A DNA stretch of 64,000 bases from Candidatus Latescibacterota bacterium (GTDB taxonomy: Bacteria; Latescibacterota; UBA2968; UBA8231). This document shows, piece by piece, positions 19,098-29,270 of this stretch (within the stretch, counting starts at the first letter, position 1; each line of letters starts with the position of its first letter). The notes beneath the pieces were generated by a model, which saw only the letters and a program-made list of their open reading frames with translations, did not search any database and was not told where the DNA came from. A program made the position numbers and the translations under genes. The DNA is taken from positions 640,001-704,000 of the forward strand of contig OZ242318.1 in assembly GCA_965208105.1 (NCBI GenBank). The letters are read 5' to 3'.

Positions 19098-20294
19098 TCA
19101 CCCCGTTTCCGGCTTCCGGAGGGTCTCCGGCACCAGAACCGCGAGAATGAAGGCTGCCGCCAACCCCATGCCGGACACTGCCAGAGGAGCCAGCGCCAGG
19201 CCGACCAGGTCCGCCACGCTGCCGACGATGAGGGGACTGGCGGCCAATCCCCCATCCCCCACGAACCTCCACATCCCGAGGAACTCTCCCCTGGCCTGCG
19301 GCGGAGCCAGGTCGGCACCCAGGGTCATCATGGTGCCGGAACCAATGCCGTTTCCCAGGCCGATCAGGGTGGCAGCCCCGAGGAGCCCCATGAAGCTGTC
19401 GCTCAGGGGAATCAGGGCCATGCCCACGGCCTGGATCAGGAAACAGGGCACGGAGGCGTACTTGCGGCCGAGGCGGTCCATGAGCATCCCGGCGGGGTAG
19501 AACATGCACATGTCCAGCGCCGCGGAGATGCTCAGGATGAGACCCACATCCTGGACCTGCAGCCCGAGCGCGTCGGCGGCATAGAGCGGAACCACGATTG
19601 GAAATGCGGCGCGGATCATCTGGGCGAAGACCTGTCCCGAGCCGGCGGTGACCAGCTCGCGGCGATGCGATTTGAGGGTGGCCATCAAGCCGCCGCCGCC
19701 CTTATCGGCGCTCCGGGCCCCCTCCATTCCGGATCCTCTGCCGCGCACCCAGACGGCAACCGCAGCCAGCATGACCGCCGCCAGGACCGCGTATATCAGA
19801 AAGGGTGCCCTGAACCCGTACGCGGCCGCCACCACCCCACCCAGGGCGGGTCCAAAGAACTTTCCCATGCGGGCAATCCCGCCCCAGACCGCAATGGCCC
19901 TCCCCCGGAGGCCGCGGTGAACCACTTCGGCGAGGTAGGCGTAGCGCGAGATGTCCCACAGAGCCAGCCCCATGCCCGAGACCAGCCGGCAGGCGATGAG
20001 CTCGGCAAGACTCCGGGCCCAGACCAGTCCCAGGACACCCAGGACGGTGCAAATCATCCCCAGAATCATCACCTTCCTCTGTCCCAGTTTTCGCAGCAGC
20101 ATTCCCGCCGGCACGTCGCTCAACAAGGTCCCTATCCCCTCCGCCGCCAGCACCAGGCCGATGAGTCCGTATGACACCTCGAAGGACCGCGCGTAGAGGG
20201 GCAGCACGGGCAGCAGCAGACCCTTGCAGAACGAAACGGTGAGGTTGGGAAGGTAGACCGTGAGGATGAGATTCTTGGCGGTGGGGGTGAGCAA
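19098..20294 (-). CDS. MFS transporter
   Basis: About 12 TM segments, GMLMDRLGRK motif A. Confidence 0.9.
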   Translation of the reverse strand: MLTPTAKNLILTVYLPNLTVSFCKGLLLPVLPLYARSFEVSYGLIGLVLAAEGIGTLLSDVPAGMLLRKLGQRKVMILGMICTVLGVLGLVWARSLAELIACRLVSGMGLALWDISRYAYLAEVVHRGLRGRAIAVWGGIARMGKFFGPALGGVVAAAYGFRAPFLIYAVLAAVMLAAVAVWVRGRGSGMEGARSADKGGGGLMATLKSHRRELVTAGSGQVFAQMIRAAFPIVVPLYAADALGLQVQDVGLILSISAALDMCMFYPAGMLMDRLGRKYASVPCFLIQAVGMALIPLSDSFMGLLGAATLIGLGNGIGSGTMMTLGADLAPPQARGEFLGMWRFVGDGGLAASPLIVGSVADLVGLALAPLAVSGMGLAAAFILAVLVPETLRKPETG

Positions 20295-20444
20295 AGCGGG
20301 TTCAGCCTCTATATTTTATTATTCCATTGCTTCAATTGGGCGCCCATGGATCGATCCGCGTGGAAGCGGCCTCTCACGGTAGGTGCCGCACCGCCCCTGC
20401 GGTCGGCCCCGGGCGGCTTGCGCATCTCACACCAGGTTTTCGCG

Positions 20445-21497
20445 ATGAAAATCGCCGTACTGCTCTCGGGCGGGGTGGACAGCTCCGTCGCCCTCAACCT
20501 GCTCAAACGCGGGGGGTACCGGGACCTCACCGCCTTCTATCTCAAGGTCTGGCTAGAGGACGAGCTGGCCTTTCTCGGCGAGTGTCCCTGGCAGGAGGAC
20601 CTGCGCTATGCCCGCGCCGTCTGCGAACAGCTGGACGTACCTCTGGAAATCGTGTCCCTGCAGTCAGCCTACCGCGACAAGGTGGTGGAGCACGCCCTGG
20701 CCGAGCTGGCCGCCGGCCGCACCCCCAGCCCGGACATCCTCTGCAACCAGCGCATCAAGTTCGGCGAGTTCTTCAGGCGCCTGAACGGCCGCTGCGCGAA
20801 GGTCGCCTCGGGGCACTACGCCCGCATCGGCCAGCGCGGCGGCACCTTCTTCCTCGAGCGCGGACCCGATGCGGTGAAGGACCAGACCTATTTCCTCTCC
20901 AACCTCGACCAGGGCCAACTGCGGCGCATCCTCTTTCCCATCGGGCATCTGACCAAGGAGGAGGTGCGCCTCCTCGCCGCAGAGCTGGACCTGCCCACCA
21001 GGAACCGCAAAGACAGCCAGGGAATCTGTTTCCTGGGAAAGATCAACTACCGCGACTTCGTGGCCTTCCACCTGGGCAGGCGCCGCGGAGACCTCGTTGC
21101 GCTGGAATCGGGGGAAAAACTGGGCGAGCACCAGGGTTTCTGGTTCTACACCACAGGCCAGCGCCACGGCCTGGGTCTGGGTGGCGGTCCCTGGTACGTG
21201 GTGCGGAAAGACGTGGACAGGAATATCGTCTATGTCTCCCACCAAGACCAGGGTGAACTGCGCCAGCGCCGTCGTTTTACCGCCTCCAATCTCAACTGGA
21301 TCTCCGGCAGACCAGGCGCCGGCACCGTGCAGGTGAAGCTCCGCCACGGCCCCGAACTCTCCCCCTGCCGCCTCGAGTTTCTCGCTCCCGATCGCCTGCA
21401 GGCGACCCTGGATCTGCCCGACCCGGGGATCGCCCCGGGGCAGCACGCCGTCTTCTACCAGGGCAGGCGCTGCCTGGGCGGCGGCACGATCGAATGA
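20445..21497 (+). CDS. mnmA: tRNA 2-thiouridine(34) synthase
   Basis: LSGGVDSS, PSPDILCNQRIKFG, SGHYAR, KDQTYFL, DSQGICF, PGQ. Confidence 0.97.
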   Translation: MKIAVLLSGGVDSSVALNLLKRGGYRDLTAFYLKVWLEDELAFLGECPWQEDLRYARAVCEQLDVPLEIVSLQSAYRDKVVEHALAELAAGRTPSPDILCNQRIKFGEFFRRLNGRCAKVASGHYARIGQRGGTFFLERGPDAVKDQTYFLSNLDQGQLRRILFPIGHLTKEEVRLLAAELDLPTRNRKDSQGICFLGKINYRDFVAFHLGRRRGDLVALESGEKLGEHQGFWFYTTGQRHGLGLGGGPWYVVRKDVDRNIVYVSHQDQGELRQRRRFTASNLNWISGRPGAGTVQVKLRHGPELSPCRLEFLAPDRLQATLDLPDPGIAPGQHAVFYQGRRCLGGGTIE

Positions 21498-21543
21498 ACG
21501 GGTCGAGGTCCTCGCACGGCGCCACTGCCTGCCCCCGCGTCGA

Positions 21544-21580
21544 CTGGCAGCCCGTTGAGAAAGTCCATCCGGGCTGCTAG
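21544..21580. repeat. Short inverted repeat, possibly a collapsed IS-end remnant sharing CTAG with MITE copy B
   Basis: ctGGCAGCCCGttgagaaagtccatcCGGGCTGCtag. Confidence 0.5.
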
Positions 21581-21744
21581 TGTCCCATCGCAGAAATATG
21601 TCGCCATTATTCCGCCGATCCATTCCGGCTCACGGCGTTGCCTTCACTCGCCGTACACTACTGGTACGACTCGCTCAGGCGCCTTGTGAGCCTGCCGCCT
21701 CGGCGGCCTAATTTCGTCAACCTATCTCTGCGACGGGACACTAG
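21577..21744. mobile_element. MITE-like element copy B (TIR type 1)
   Basis: ctagtgtcccatcgcagaaata ... tatctctgcgacgggacactag, 168 bp. Its right CTAG supplies the stop codon of the adjacent dehydrogenase. Confidence 0.9.
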
Positions 21745-22733
21745 GCCATGGTCTTGAGCATCTCCAGGGTCACCCTGTAGCGCAGGGGGCGGCCGGCTGC
21801 CCAGTTCTCGAACTCGGCGATGGCATAATCGGCCTGGCGCAGGATTTCGTCTCCCTGGGAACCGGCAATGTGCGAGCTGAGATGCACGTTGGGCAGGGTG
21901 TAGAACTCCGAGCCCTCCAGCGGCGGCTCGGGATCGGTCACGTCGAGCAGGGCGGTGAGGTCGGGGCGCTCCCTCAGTACTCCTATGAGGTCCTCCTCCA
22001 CCACCTGGGCCCCGCGTCCGGTGTTGATGAAGGTCGCGCCCTCGCGCATGCCGGCGAACAGCCTGCGGTCCAGCATGCCGCGGGTGGCGGGAAGGTCGGG
22101 CAGATGGTTGCTGACCACGCAGGAGCGGGCGAAGACCGCATCCAGCCCCACCTTCTCCACCCGGAGACGGGCAGCTTCCTCATCCTTCAGGAAGGGGTCG
22201 TGGGCGATCACCTTCAGCTCGAAGGGCCGCAGGAGCCGGCAGACCCTGCGGCCCACCATGCCCGCCCCGATGATGCCCACGGTCTCGCCGAATGCTCCCG
22301 GTCCGCGGGGAGCCCGGCGGCGCAGCGCGGGCGAAAGCAAGGAGCGGGTATTGCGGAAGTACCCCTTGCACGAGAGGAGGATCTGGGCCAGGGTGAACTC
22401 CGCCACCGGCACCGCGTTGGCTGCCCAGGAGCTGACCAGGAGAATGCCTCGGCGCAGCAGGGGAGGGGCGAAACTCTGCACCGTGCCGGCGGCGTAGAAT
22501 ACCGCCTGCAGGGCCGGCAGCCGGGCCAGCTCCCCGGCCCCCATGGGCACCATGCCCCAGGTGGAGAAGATGACCTCCAGATCCCGAAGGCGGTCGGCAT
22601 GGTCGGCAAAGTTTTCCGATGTAACCACGTGGGGATAGAGGTCCACGAGCCTCTCCAATCTCTCTCTTCGGCCCCGGGCGAAGACGCGCTCCAATCTCTC
22701 GGGATCCTGGTTGAAGAATGCCGCTTTTTTCAT
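21741..22733 (-). CDS. D-isomer-specific 2-hydroxyacid dehydrogenase
   Basis: GIIGAGMVG, FINTGRG, ALLDVTDPEP, SSHIAG. Confidence 0.92.
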   Translation of the reverse strand: MKKAAFFNQDPERLERVFARGRRERLERLVDLYPHVVTSENFADHADRLRDLEVIFSTWGMVPMGAGELARLPALQAVFYAAGTVQSFAPPLLRRGILLVSSWAANAVPVAEFTLAQILLSCKGYFRNTRSLLSPALRRRAPRGPGAFGETVGIIGAGMVGRRVCRLLRPFELKVIAHDPFLKDEEAARLRVEKVGLDAVFARSCVVSNHLPDLPATRGMLDRRLFAGMREGATFINTGRGAQVVEEDLIGVLRERPDLTALLDVTDPEPPLEGSEFYTLPNVHLSSHIAGSQGDEILRQADYAIAEFENWAAGRPLRYRVTLEMLKTMA

Positions 22734-23102
22734 TATCCCCGGGCTATTCAGGTAAGGGCGGCGCCGGCCATGCGTCCATGGCGCATGTGGGTGAAGAGAT
22801 CCGCCGGGGGCTCCCACGCTCGGGCGGACCGGCACCGGTATGCTCCCCCGGTGACACCTCGGCGGCCGGGCCAATCGAGGCTCCTAAACTAGGAGGACGG
22901 CAGACCCGCGCAATGCCCCCGAGGCCACCGTCCGGGCATAGCCGGGCATGGACAGCAATTCCGGATTTGGCTTTCTTTGCACCACCCAAAAGGGGCCGGC
23001 ACCAACCGCTCCGGGCGTTGCTCCGATGGCCCGGATCAATCGCCCTGGACTGGGAGGCTACCTCGCTACATCCTGACCGTCCGTCCCGGCAAGGAGAGCA
23101 GA

Positions 23103-24185
23103 ATGAGCTACGGTCTCGACATTCCCCGGGAAGGCGCCCTCGACCTGGTTTCCCTCGGCGCCCTGGTGCACCGGCTCGATCCGGGTATCATCCCCTTCCG
23201 CAAGGCGAACGACTGCAGAATCCACGTGAGCGGCGGCGAGTTCAACGTGGCGGCCAACCTGGCGGATTGCTTCGGCATGCGGACGGGAATAATCACCGCC
23301 ATGGTCGACTACCCCATCGGCGACCTCATCTCCGAGCGCGTCAGGGCCATGGGGGTGAAGCCGTTCTACAAGCGCTTCGACCACGACGGTGTCAGCGGAC
23401 CCAACATGGCCACCGTCTTCAGCGACCGGGGCTACGGGGTGCGCGCCCCCCTGGTCTTCTACAACCGCTCCAACGAGGCGGCGGCGCGGCTCAAGCCCGG
23501 AGACTTCGACTGGGACGCCGTCTTCGCCGGCGGGGTGCGCTGGTTTCACAGCGGGGGCATCTTTGCGGCCCTGTCCGAGTCCACCGCCGCGGTGATCGTC
23601 GAGGCCATGCAGGCGGCCAAGGCACGTGGTGCGGTTGTCTCCTTCGATCTGAACTTCCGGGAAAAACTGTGGAGCGTCTTTGGAGGCCTGGAAGGGGCCC
23701 AGGCCACCCTCGGGAACATTGTCGACAACGTGGACGTCATCGTCGGCAACGAGGAAGACCTGCAGAACGGGCTTGGAGTGTCCGGACCGGAAATTGGGGA
23801 TCGCTCCAAGCTCGACCCCAGCAGCTTCTTCCTCATGATCGACCGGGTCCTGGAGCGCTACCCCCAGCTAAGGATCATCGCCACCACCCTGCGCGAGGTG
23901 CACTCGACCAACCGCCACAGCTGGGGCGCGGTGGCCTGGGTCGACGGGGAGGCCTACGTGGCTCCCACCTGCGAGCTGGACGTTTACGACCGTGTCGGCG
24001 GCGGCGACGGATTCGCCTCCGGGTTCTTCTACGGGCTCCTCTCCGGCGCCACCCCGGAGGAAGCCACGCGCCTGGGCTGGGCCCACGGCGCCCTGCTGAC
24101 CACCTTTCCGGGGGACACCACCATGGCGACGGCGGCGCAGGTGCGCTCCTTCGCCGAAGGCGGCTCCGCCCGCATCCAGCGCTAG
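23103..24185 (+). CDS. kdgK: PfkB-family sugar kinase (2-dehydro-3-deoxygluconokinase-like)
   Basis: GGEFNVA, FDLNFR, NEED, DRVGGGDGF. Confidence 0.85.
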   Translation: MSYGLDIPREGALDLVSLGALVHRLDPGIIPFRKANDCRIHVSGGEFNVAANLADCFGMRTGIITAMVDYPIGDLISERVRAMGVKPFYKRFDHDGVSGPNMATVFSDRGYGVRAPLVFYNRSNEAAARLKPGDFDWDAVFAGGVRWFHSGGIFAALSESTAAVIVEAMQAAKARGAVVSFDLNFREKLWSVFGGLEGAQATLGNIVDNVDVIVGNEEDLQNGLGVSGPEIGDRSKLDPSSFFLMIDRVLERYPQLRIIATTLREVHSTNRHSWGAVAWVDGEAYVAPTCELDVYDRVGGGDGFASGFFYGLLSGATPEEATRLGWAHGALLTTFPGDTTMATAAQVRSFAEGGSARIQR

Positions 24186-24283
24186 CGCCGGTGCGCGATA
24201 TCGAGCTTACGAGCGAAGGCAACGCCGCGGGACGGGATGCAACCGCGGCCGAATTCACCCGGAATTGCGCCCGCTGGCACTTG
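24182..24283. mobile_element. MITE-like element copy E (TIR type 2, internally deleted)
   Basis: Matches the reverse complement of 30481-30647 (gcaacgccgcg..cgggatgca..cggccgaattcac.cggaattgcgc..gc.ggcact.g) with the middle missing. Its CTAG includes the kdgK stop. Confidence 0.75.
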
Positions 24284-24304
24284 GTCCGTTGAAGGAAGGC
24301 TGCC

Positions 24305-24991
24305 ATGCCGCTGTGGAATGACGACGCTGAACTCTTCGATCTGATGAAGCGCGAGTTGTTCACCGCCGTGGTCGGCGACGTCCTCGACAGCGCCGGGATG
24401 ACCCTGCAGTTTCTGCCGCGCCAGATCCAGCCCCTGCGCGACGACATGATCGTCGCCGGCCGCGCCATGCCCGTCCTCTCGGCCGACTGCAAGGGCTCCA
24501 CCGCGAGCGAACAGGGCCACCGCCAGCCCTTCGGCCTGCTGTTCAGGGCCCTGGACGATCTCAAGCCGAACGAAGTCTACCTCTGCACCGGGGGTACACC
24601 TTCCTTCGCCACCTGGGGCGGCCTGATGAGCACCCGCGCCATCAGGCTGGGAGCCGCCGGAGCCGTGCTCAACGGGTGCTCCCGCGATACCCGCGAGATA
24701 CTCGCTCTCGACTTTCCCACCTTCTCGCTGGGCAGATACGCCCAGGACCAGGGTGCGCGGGGCCGGGTCATCGACTTTCGCTGTCCCATCTCCTTTCACA
24801 ACGGTGTGGCGGTGGAGCCTGGAGACATCGTCTTCGGCGACGTGGACGGGGTGGTCATCGTGCCCTGGGACAGGGCCGGTGAAATCATTGCAGCGGCCCT
24901 GGAGAAGGTGAGGGGAGAGGACCAGGTGCGCCAGGCCATCCGCGCCGGCATGGGAGCGCAGGAGGCCTACGACAAATACGGCATTCTCTAG
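24305..24991 (+). CDS. RraA/HMG-aldolase family protein
   Basis: TAVVGDVLD, WGGLMS, GCSRD, PGDIVFGDVDGVVIVP. Confidence 0.9.
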   Translation: MPLWNDDAELFDLMKRELFTAVVGDVLDSAGMTLQFLPRQIQPLRDDMIVAGRAMPVLSADCKGSTASEQGHRQPFGLLFRALDDLKPNEVYLCTGGTPSFATWGGLMSTRAIRLGAAGAVLNGCSRDTREILALDFPTFSLGRYAQDQGARGRVIDFRCPISFHNGVAVEPGDIVFGDVDGVVIVPWDRAGEIIAAALEKVRGEDQVRQAIRAGMGAQEAYDKYGIL

Positions 24992-25002
24992 GTCCTTTTT
25001 CC

Positions 25003-26406
25003 ATGAGCCACGGTTCGATTCCCCGTTCCCGCCTGGAGGCCGCCCTCGCCTCCCTGGAAGCCTTGCTGGGGCCGCGCCTGTCCACCGATGAGGAAGCCCG
25101 CGCGCGCCATGCCAAGGACGAGTCACACCACGCTGCCCAACCCCCCCACGCGGTGGCCTTTCCACGCTCCGGGGAGGAGGTGGCCAGCATCGTGCGGATC
25201 TGCGCCGGGCAGCGAGTGCCCATCGTGCCCTACGGCACCGGCACCGCGGTGGAGGGCGGAGTCGTGGCCATCCACGGCGGCGTCTGCGTCGACTTCTGCC
25301 GGATGAACCGGATCCTGCGGCTGAGCCCGAGGGACATGGACGCCACCGTGCAGGCGGGCGTCACCCGCAGGCAACTCAACCGGCATCTCGCCGACGCCGG
25401 CACCGGGCTGTTCTTCCCCGTGGACCCGGGGGCCGATGCGTCCCTGGGGGGCATGGCCGCGACCCGGGCTTCGGGCCTGTCGGCGGTGTGCTACGGCACC
25501 ATGCGCGAGAACGTCCTCGGCCTGGTGGCGGTCATGGCCGACGGGCGCATCGTGCGCACCGGGGGGCGGGCGCGCAAATCGGCGGCCGGATACGACCTGA
25601 CCCACCTGCTGGTGGGCTCGGAAGGAACCCTGGGAATCATCACCGAGCTCACCTTGCGCCTGGGGCGAGTGCCGGAGGCCATGGCTGCCGCGGTGTGCGC
25701 CTTCGCCGGAGTCGAGGCCGCGGTGGACACGGTCATCGAGGTGATGAGCGCGGCGGTCCCCATGGCCCGGATCGAGCTCCTCGACGCGGTTCAAATGGGT
25801 GCCATCAACCGCTATTCGGGACTGGACTACGAGGTCTCCCCCACCCTCTTCTTCGAGTTCCACGGATCCTCAACCGCGGTGGTCGAACAGAGCGAGGCGG
25901 TGGGCGCCATCGCCGCCCGCTTCGGGGGCGAAAACTTCCGCTGGGCAACCGAGGCAAAGGAGCGCGAGCGCCTGTGGCAGGCGCGCTACGATTCCTACTA
26001 CGCCTCCCGCGCCCTGCGCCCCGGCGCCGTGGGCTACGTCACCGACGTCTGCGTCCCCATTTCCCGGCTCGCCGCGGCCATCGTCAGGACCAGGAAGGCC
26101 CTTGAAGAGACCAGCCTGCCCGCACCTCTCTACGGCCACGTGGGAGACGGCAACTTTCACGTGGTCCTTCTCATCGATCCGGAAAGTCCCCCCGAACTGC
26201 GGGAGGCCCGGGACCTCGGCCGCCGCATCGTCGACATCGCCCTGGAACTGGGAGGCACCTGCAGCGGCGAGCACGGAATCGGGCTGGGCAAGATCGATGC
26301 CCTTGCCCGGGAACACGGCGAGGGCACGGCGGTGATGAAGGCGATCAAGAACGCCCTGGACCCGCACAATATCATGAACCCGGGAAAGGTGCTGGGAGCC
26401 CCATGA
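25003..26406 (+). CDS. FAD-linked oxidase, D-lactate dehydrogenase (cytochrome)-like
   Basis: PYGTGTAVEG, DPGADASLGG, GSEGTLG, GHVGDGNFH, GEHGIG, MNPGK. Confidence 0.9.
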   Translation: MSHGSIPRSRLEAALASLEALLGPRLSTDEEARARHAKDESHHAAQPPHAVAFPRSGEEVASIVRICAGQRVPIVPYGTGTAVEGGVVAIHGGVCVDFCRMNRILRLSPRDMDATVQAGVTRRQLNRHLADAGTGLFFPVDPGADASLGGMAATRASGLSAVCYGTMRENVLGLVAVMADGRIVRTGGRARKSAAGYDLTHLLVGSEGTLGIITELTLRLGRVPEAMAAAVCAFAGVEAAVDTVIEVMSAAVPMARIELLDAVQMGAINRYSGLDYEVSPTLFFEFHGSSTAVVEQSEAVGAIAARFGGENFRWATEAKERERLWQARYDSYYASRALRPGAVGYVTDVCVPISRLAAAIVRTRKALEETSLPAPLYGHVGDGNFHVVLLIDPESPPELREARDLGRRIVDIALELGGTCSGEHGIGLGKIDALAREHGEGTAVMKAIKNALDPHNIMNPGKVLGAP

Positions 26407-27041
26407 CCAAGGCGGAAAAAGTCCGGATCGTCATGGATACCCTGGAAAGGCTCTATCCCGATGTCAGCGTGCCCCTCGACCACCGCGATCCCTACACCCA
26501 CATGATCGCGGTGCTGCTCTCGGCCCAGTGCACCGACGCCCGCGTCAACGTGATCGCGCCGCAGCTCTTCGCCCGCGCCCGAACCCCCACCCGGATGGTC
26601 GAGCTCGGGGTGGCCGAGATCGAGGCCATCATCCGCCCCTGCGGCCTGGCGCCGCGCAAGTCCAGGGCCATCCGCGACCTCTCGCAGATCCTCCTCGACC
26701 GGCACCAGGGAAAGGTGCCTGCCAGTCTGGAGGAGCTGGAGAAGCTGCCCGGAATCGGCCACAAGAGCGCCCAGGTGGTCATGGCCCAGGACTTCGGCGT
26801 GCCCTCCTTTCCGGTGGACACCCACATACACCGGCTGGCCTTCAGGTGGGGTCTGTCCACCGGCAGGAGCGTGGAGCGCACCGAGAAGGACCTCAAGCGC
26901 CTCTTCCCGAGGGAGCGCTGGAACAAGCTGCACCTGCAGATCATCTATTTCGGACGCGAGCACTGCCCCGCCCGCGGCCACGACCCCTACGCCTGTCCGC
27001 TGTGCAGCAGAGTGGGCCGCAGAAGCCTGTTCAAACGATAA
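26403..27041 (+). CDS. nth: Endonuclease III
   Basis: LLSAQCTD, LPGIGHKSA (HhH), PVDTHIHR, GREHCPAR..CPLC. Confidence 0.95.
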   Translation: MTKAEKVRIVMDTLERLYPDVSVPLDHRDPYTHMIAVLLSAQCTDARVNVIAPQLFARARTPTRMVELGVAEIEAIIRPCGLAPRKSRAIRDLSQILLDRHQGKVPASLEELEKLPGIGHKSAQVVMAQDFGVPSFPVDTHIHRLAFRWGLSTGRSVERTEKDLKRLFPRERWNKLHLQIIYFGREHCPARGHDPYACPLCSRVGRRSLFKR

Positions 27042-27262
27042 GCTATTAGGAATAGGCAAATGGTTGGCTGGTGTGGTGGCGATTTGCGCAGAGCGTCGGG
27101 CAGGAGCCACCTGAAATCAATCAGTCCGAGCCAATACCGGCGAGCAGATGATCGAGCCTGGTGGCAACTTCGTAGAGGGCGGGGCCTCCCCTGAACCATC
27201 CCTCGAACAATACGACGCCAGGGTCGGCATGCGACGGTGCCCTGCAACCCTGCCGCCCCCAA

Positions 27263-28060
27263 TCACCTGCCCTGGTAGAGGTCGCGCGGCTGGCGGCTGT
27301 CCGATGCCACCTCGATGTAAAACTCGCGCTGGCTGGGTGTCATTTTCTCCAGAGCTTCCCTGCTGGGGAAGAACCTGTGGAACTTCATGCCGGCGTGGTG
27401 GTACTTGTAGAACAAGGTGACTCGGTCGCTGTCGCCGCGCCAGGGGGTGGCCCCGTGGCACAGGGCCTCGGTGAAGATGATGGCCGAGCCGGCCCTGCAC
27501 GGCACGCAGCGCACCAGGGAAGGGTCGACACCGTTGCCGAATTGCCTCATGTCCTCGGGGATTGGAAAGTTGGCCTTGTGGCTGCCGGGCACGCAGGCAA
27601 AGCCGCCTTCCTCCTCGCCGGTGTCGGCCAGGTCGAAGGCGACCACGGTATGGCCGCTGAAGATGCGGCCGTTGAAGTGGCGGTACATCAGGGTGATGTC
27701 CTGGCCGTTGCTGTCGAACGAGCCGCCGCCGTGCAGCTCGAGGCCGCCGAAGCCCCTGCTGCGAATGAGGCCGTAGGCGATCTCCAGGCGCAGCTCGTGG
27801 TGGATGATCTCCTTCAGGATGTCGATGACCGGAGGCAGATCGATCAGTTCGCAGAACGCCGCATCGGCGCTGGTCAGGTCGCCCAGGGACCGCAGACAGT
27901 CATCCTCCTTGTGTTGGACGCCCTCGGGCAACTCCCCGTTGGGCACCGCCATCAGGCGCCTGGCGGTGTCGATCAGGCGGTCGCAGTGGGCTCGGGTGAG
28001 CACGTCCTCGAGGACCAAGTAGCCGTTGACGTCGAAAAGGTATTTCTGGCGGGCGTCCAT
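27263..28060 (-). CDS. Phytanoyl-CoA dioxygenase (PhyH) family protein
   Basis: QKYLFDVNGYLVL, LHGG, GGFACVPGSHK, FTEALCHG. Confidence 0.88.
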   Translation of the reverse strand: MDARQKYLFDVNGYLVLEDVLTRAHCDRLIDTARRLMAVPNGELPEGVQHKEDDCLRSLGDLTSADAAFCELIDLPPVIDILKEIIHHELRLEIAYGLIRSRGFGGLELHGGGSFDSNGQDITLMYRHFNGRIFSGHTVVAFDLADTGEEEGGFACVPGSHKANFPIPEDMRQFGNGVDPSLVRCVPCRAGSAIIFTEALCHGATPWRGDSDRVTLFYKYHHAGMKFHRFFPSREALEKMTPSQREFYIEVASDSRQPRDLYQGR

Positions 28061-28134
28061 TGGAATCTCCTGGGGATGGCGGCACCTGGTGCCGCGGATT
28101 CTTGAGGGTTTAACGGCTGGGCGGCGGGTCCGGA

Positions 28135-29141
28135 CTATTGCCCCTGATCCACCTCTATTCTTTCCCGGCGCCGCGCCGATTCGAGCAGCGCGTCGCACAC
28201 CCTCATGGTGTCCAGCGCCTGGCGCGGCCAGCTCTCCTGCAGCTCTCCGCTGCGCGCGATTTCCGAGAATCTTTCGACCATGAGCACGGTCTGCGCGGGG
28301 CCTCTCACCCGGCGCTCGAGATTGTCCCCGCCCTTTCCGTGAATCCAGTACCTCGACCTTTCCGGGTCAGCCGGAACCACGAAATCGTCGCAGACCAGGG
28401 ACCGTCGGGTCCCAGCCACCTCGAACCACCTGCGCGACGCCGTATCGAAGCCGCAGTCGAACGAGGCCATGCGCTCCCCCTCGAACCAGAGCAGACCTGC
28501 GAGATTGAAGTCCACTCCCCTGTTAAAACGCGCCGCGGCGTAGACACTGACGGGCAATTCATCGAAAGCCCACAAAATGGCGCGGACGCAGTAGTATCCC
28601 AGGTCTCCCAGGGCGCCGCCGCCGAGCTCCTTGCTGACGCGGATATTGTCCTCCGGGATCTCGTCCCAGTTGAAGGAGAAGGCCGCGGTAACCCGCCGCA
28701 GCGGTCCCAGGGTCCCGGATTTCATGTCCCCTTCATCATCGCCGTGCGCCGGTGGTGGACCCACATGACTCCGTCCATCAGCTGCACCTGGTTCGCCCGG
28801 CAGGCGGAGACCATGGCCCGCGCTTCGGCCGCGTTTGCGGCGAGGGGTTTTTCACACAGCACGTGCTTCCCCCTCTCGGCGGCCTTGATGGTCCACTCCA
28901 TGTGCAGGGAGGGCGGCAAGGGGATGTATACCGCCTCGATGTCATCCTGCTCCAGCAGGGCCTCGTAGCCTGCGTAGGTCCTCTGCAAGCCGCGGGCGGC
29001 TCCCCAGCTGCGGGCGCGCTCCCCGTCGCGGCTGGCCACCGCCACCAGTTCGGCGCCCTGCGCCGCGTCCATGGCCTGCCCCACGCCGGCGGCGATGTTG
29101 GCCGTCCCCAAAATTCCCCAGGGGACCTCTTTGCGCTCCAT
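28135..29141 (-). pseudogene. Gfo/Idh/MocA oxidoreductase split by a 1-nt frameshift near 28730
   Basis: N-half WGILGTANIA...HVLCEKP...WVHHRRTAMMK (28722-29141) and C-half DMKSGTLG...GGGALGDLGYY (28135-28764) are in different frames around a GGGG run. Confidence 0.8.
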
Positions 29142-29270
29142 CCTGGCAGAACTCCTTTCAAGGTGTTGGCAGGGGCGTGGCGCCTGAAACTCGCGGAGGT
29201 GAGGGCCGGATGCCCGGCTGGCAGAAGCGCTTGTCGAAGCCCGGGGGCGGACCCTGTTCCCGCCTTCGGG

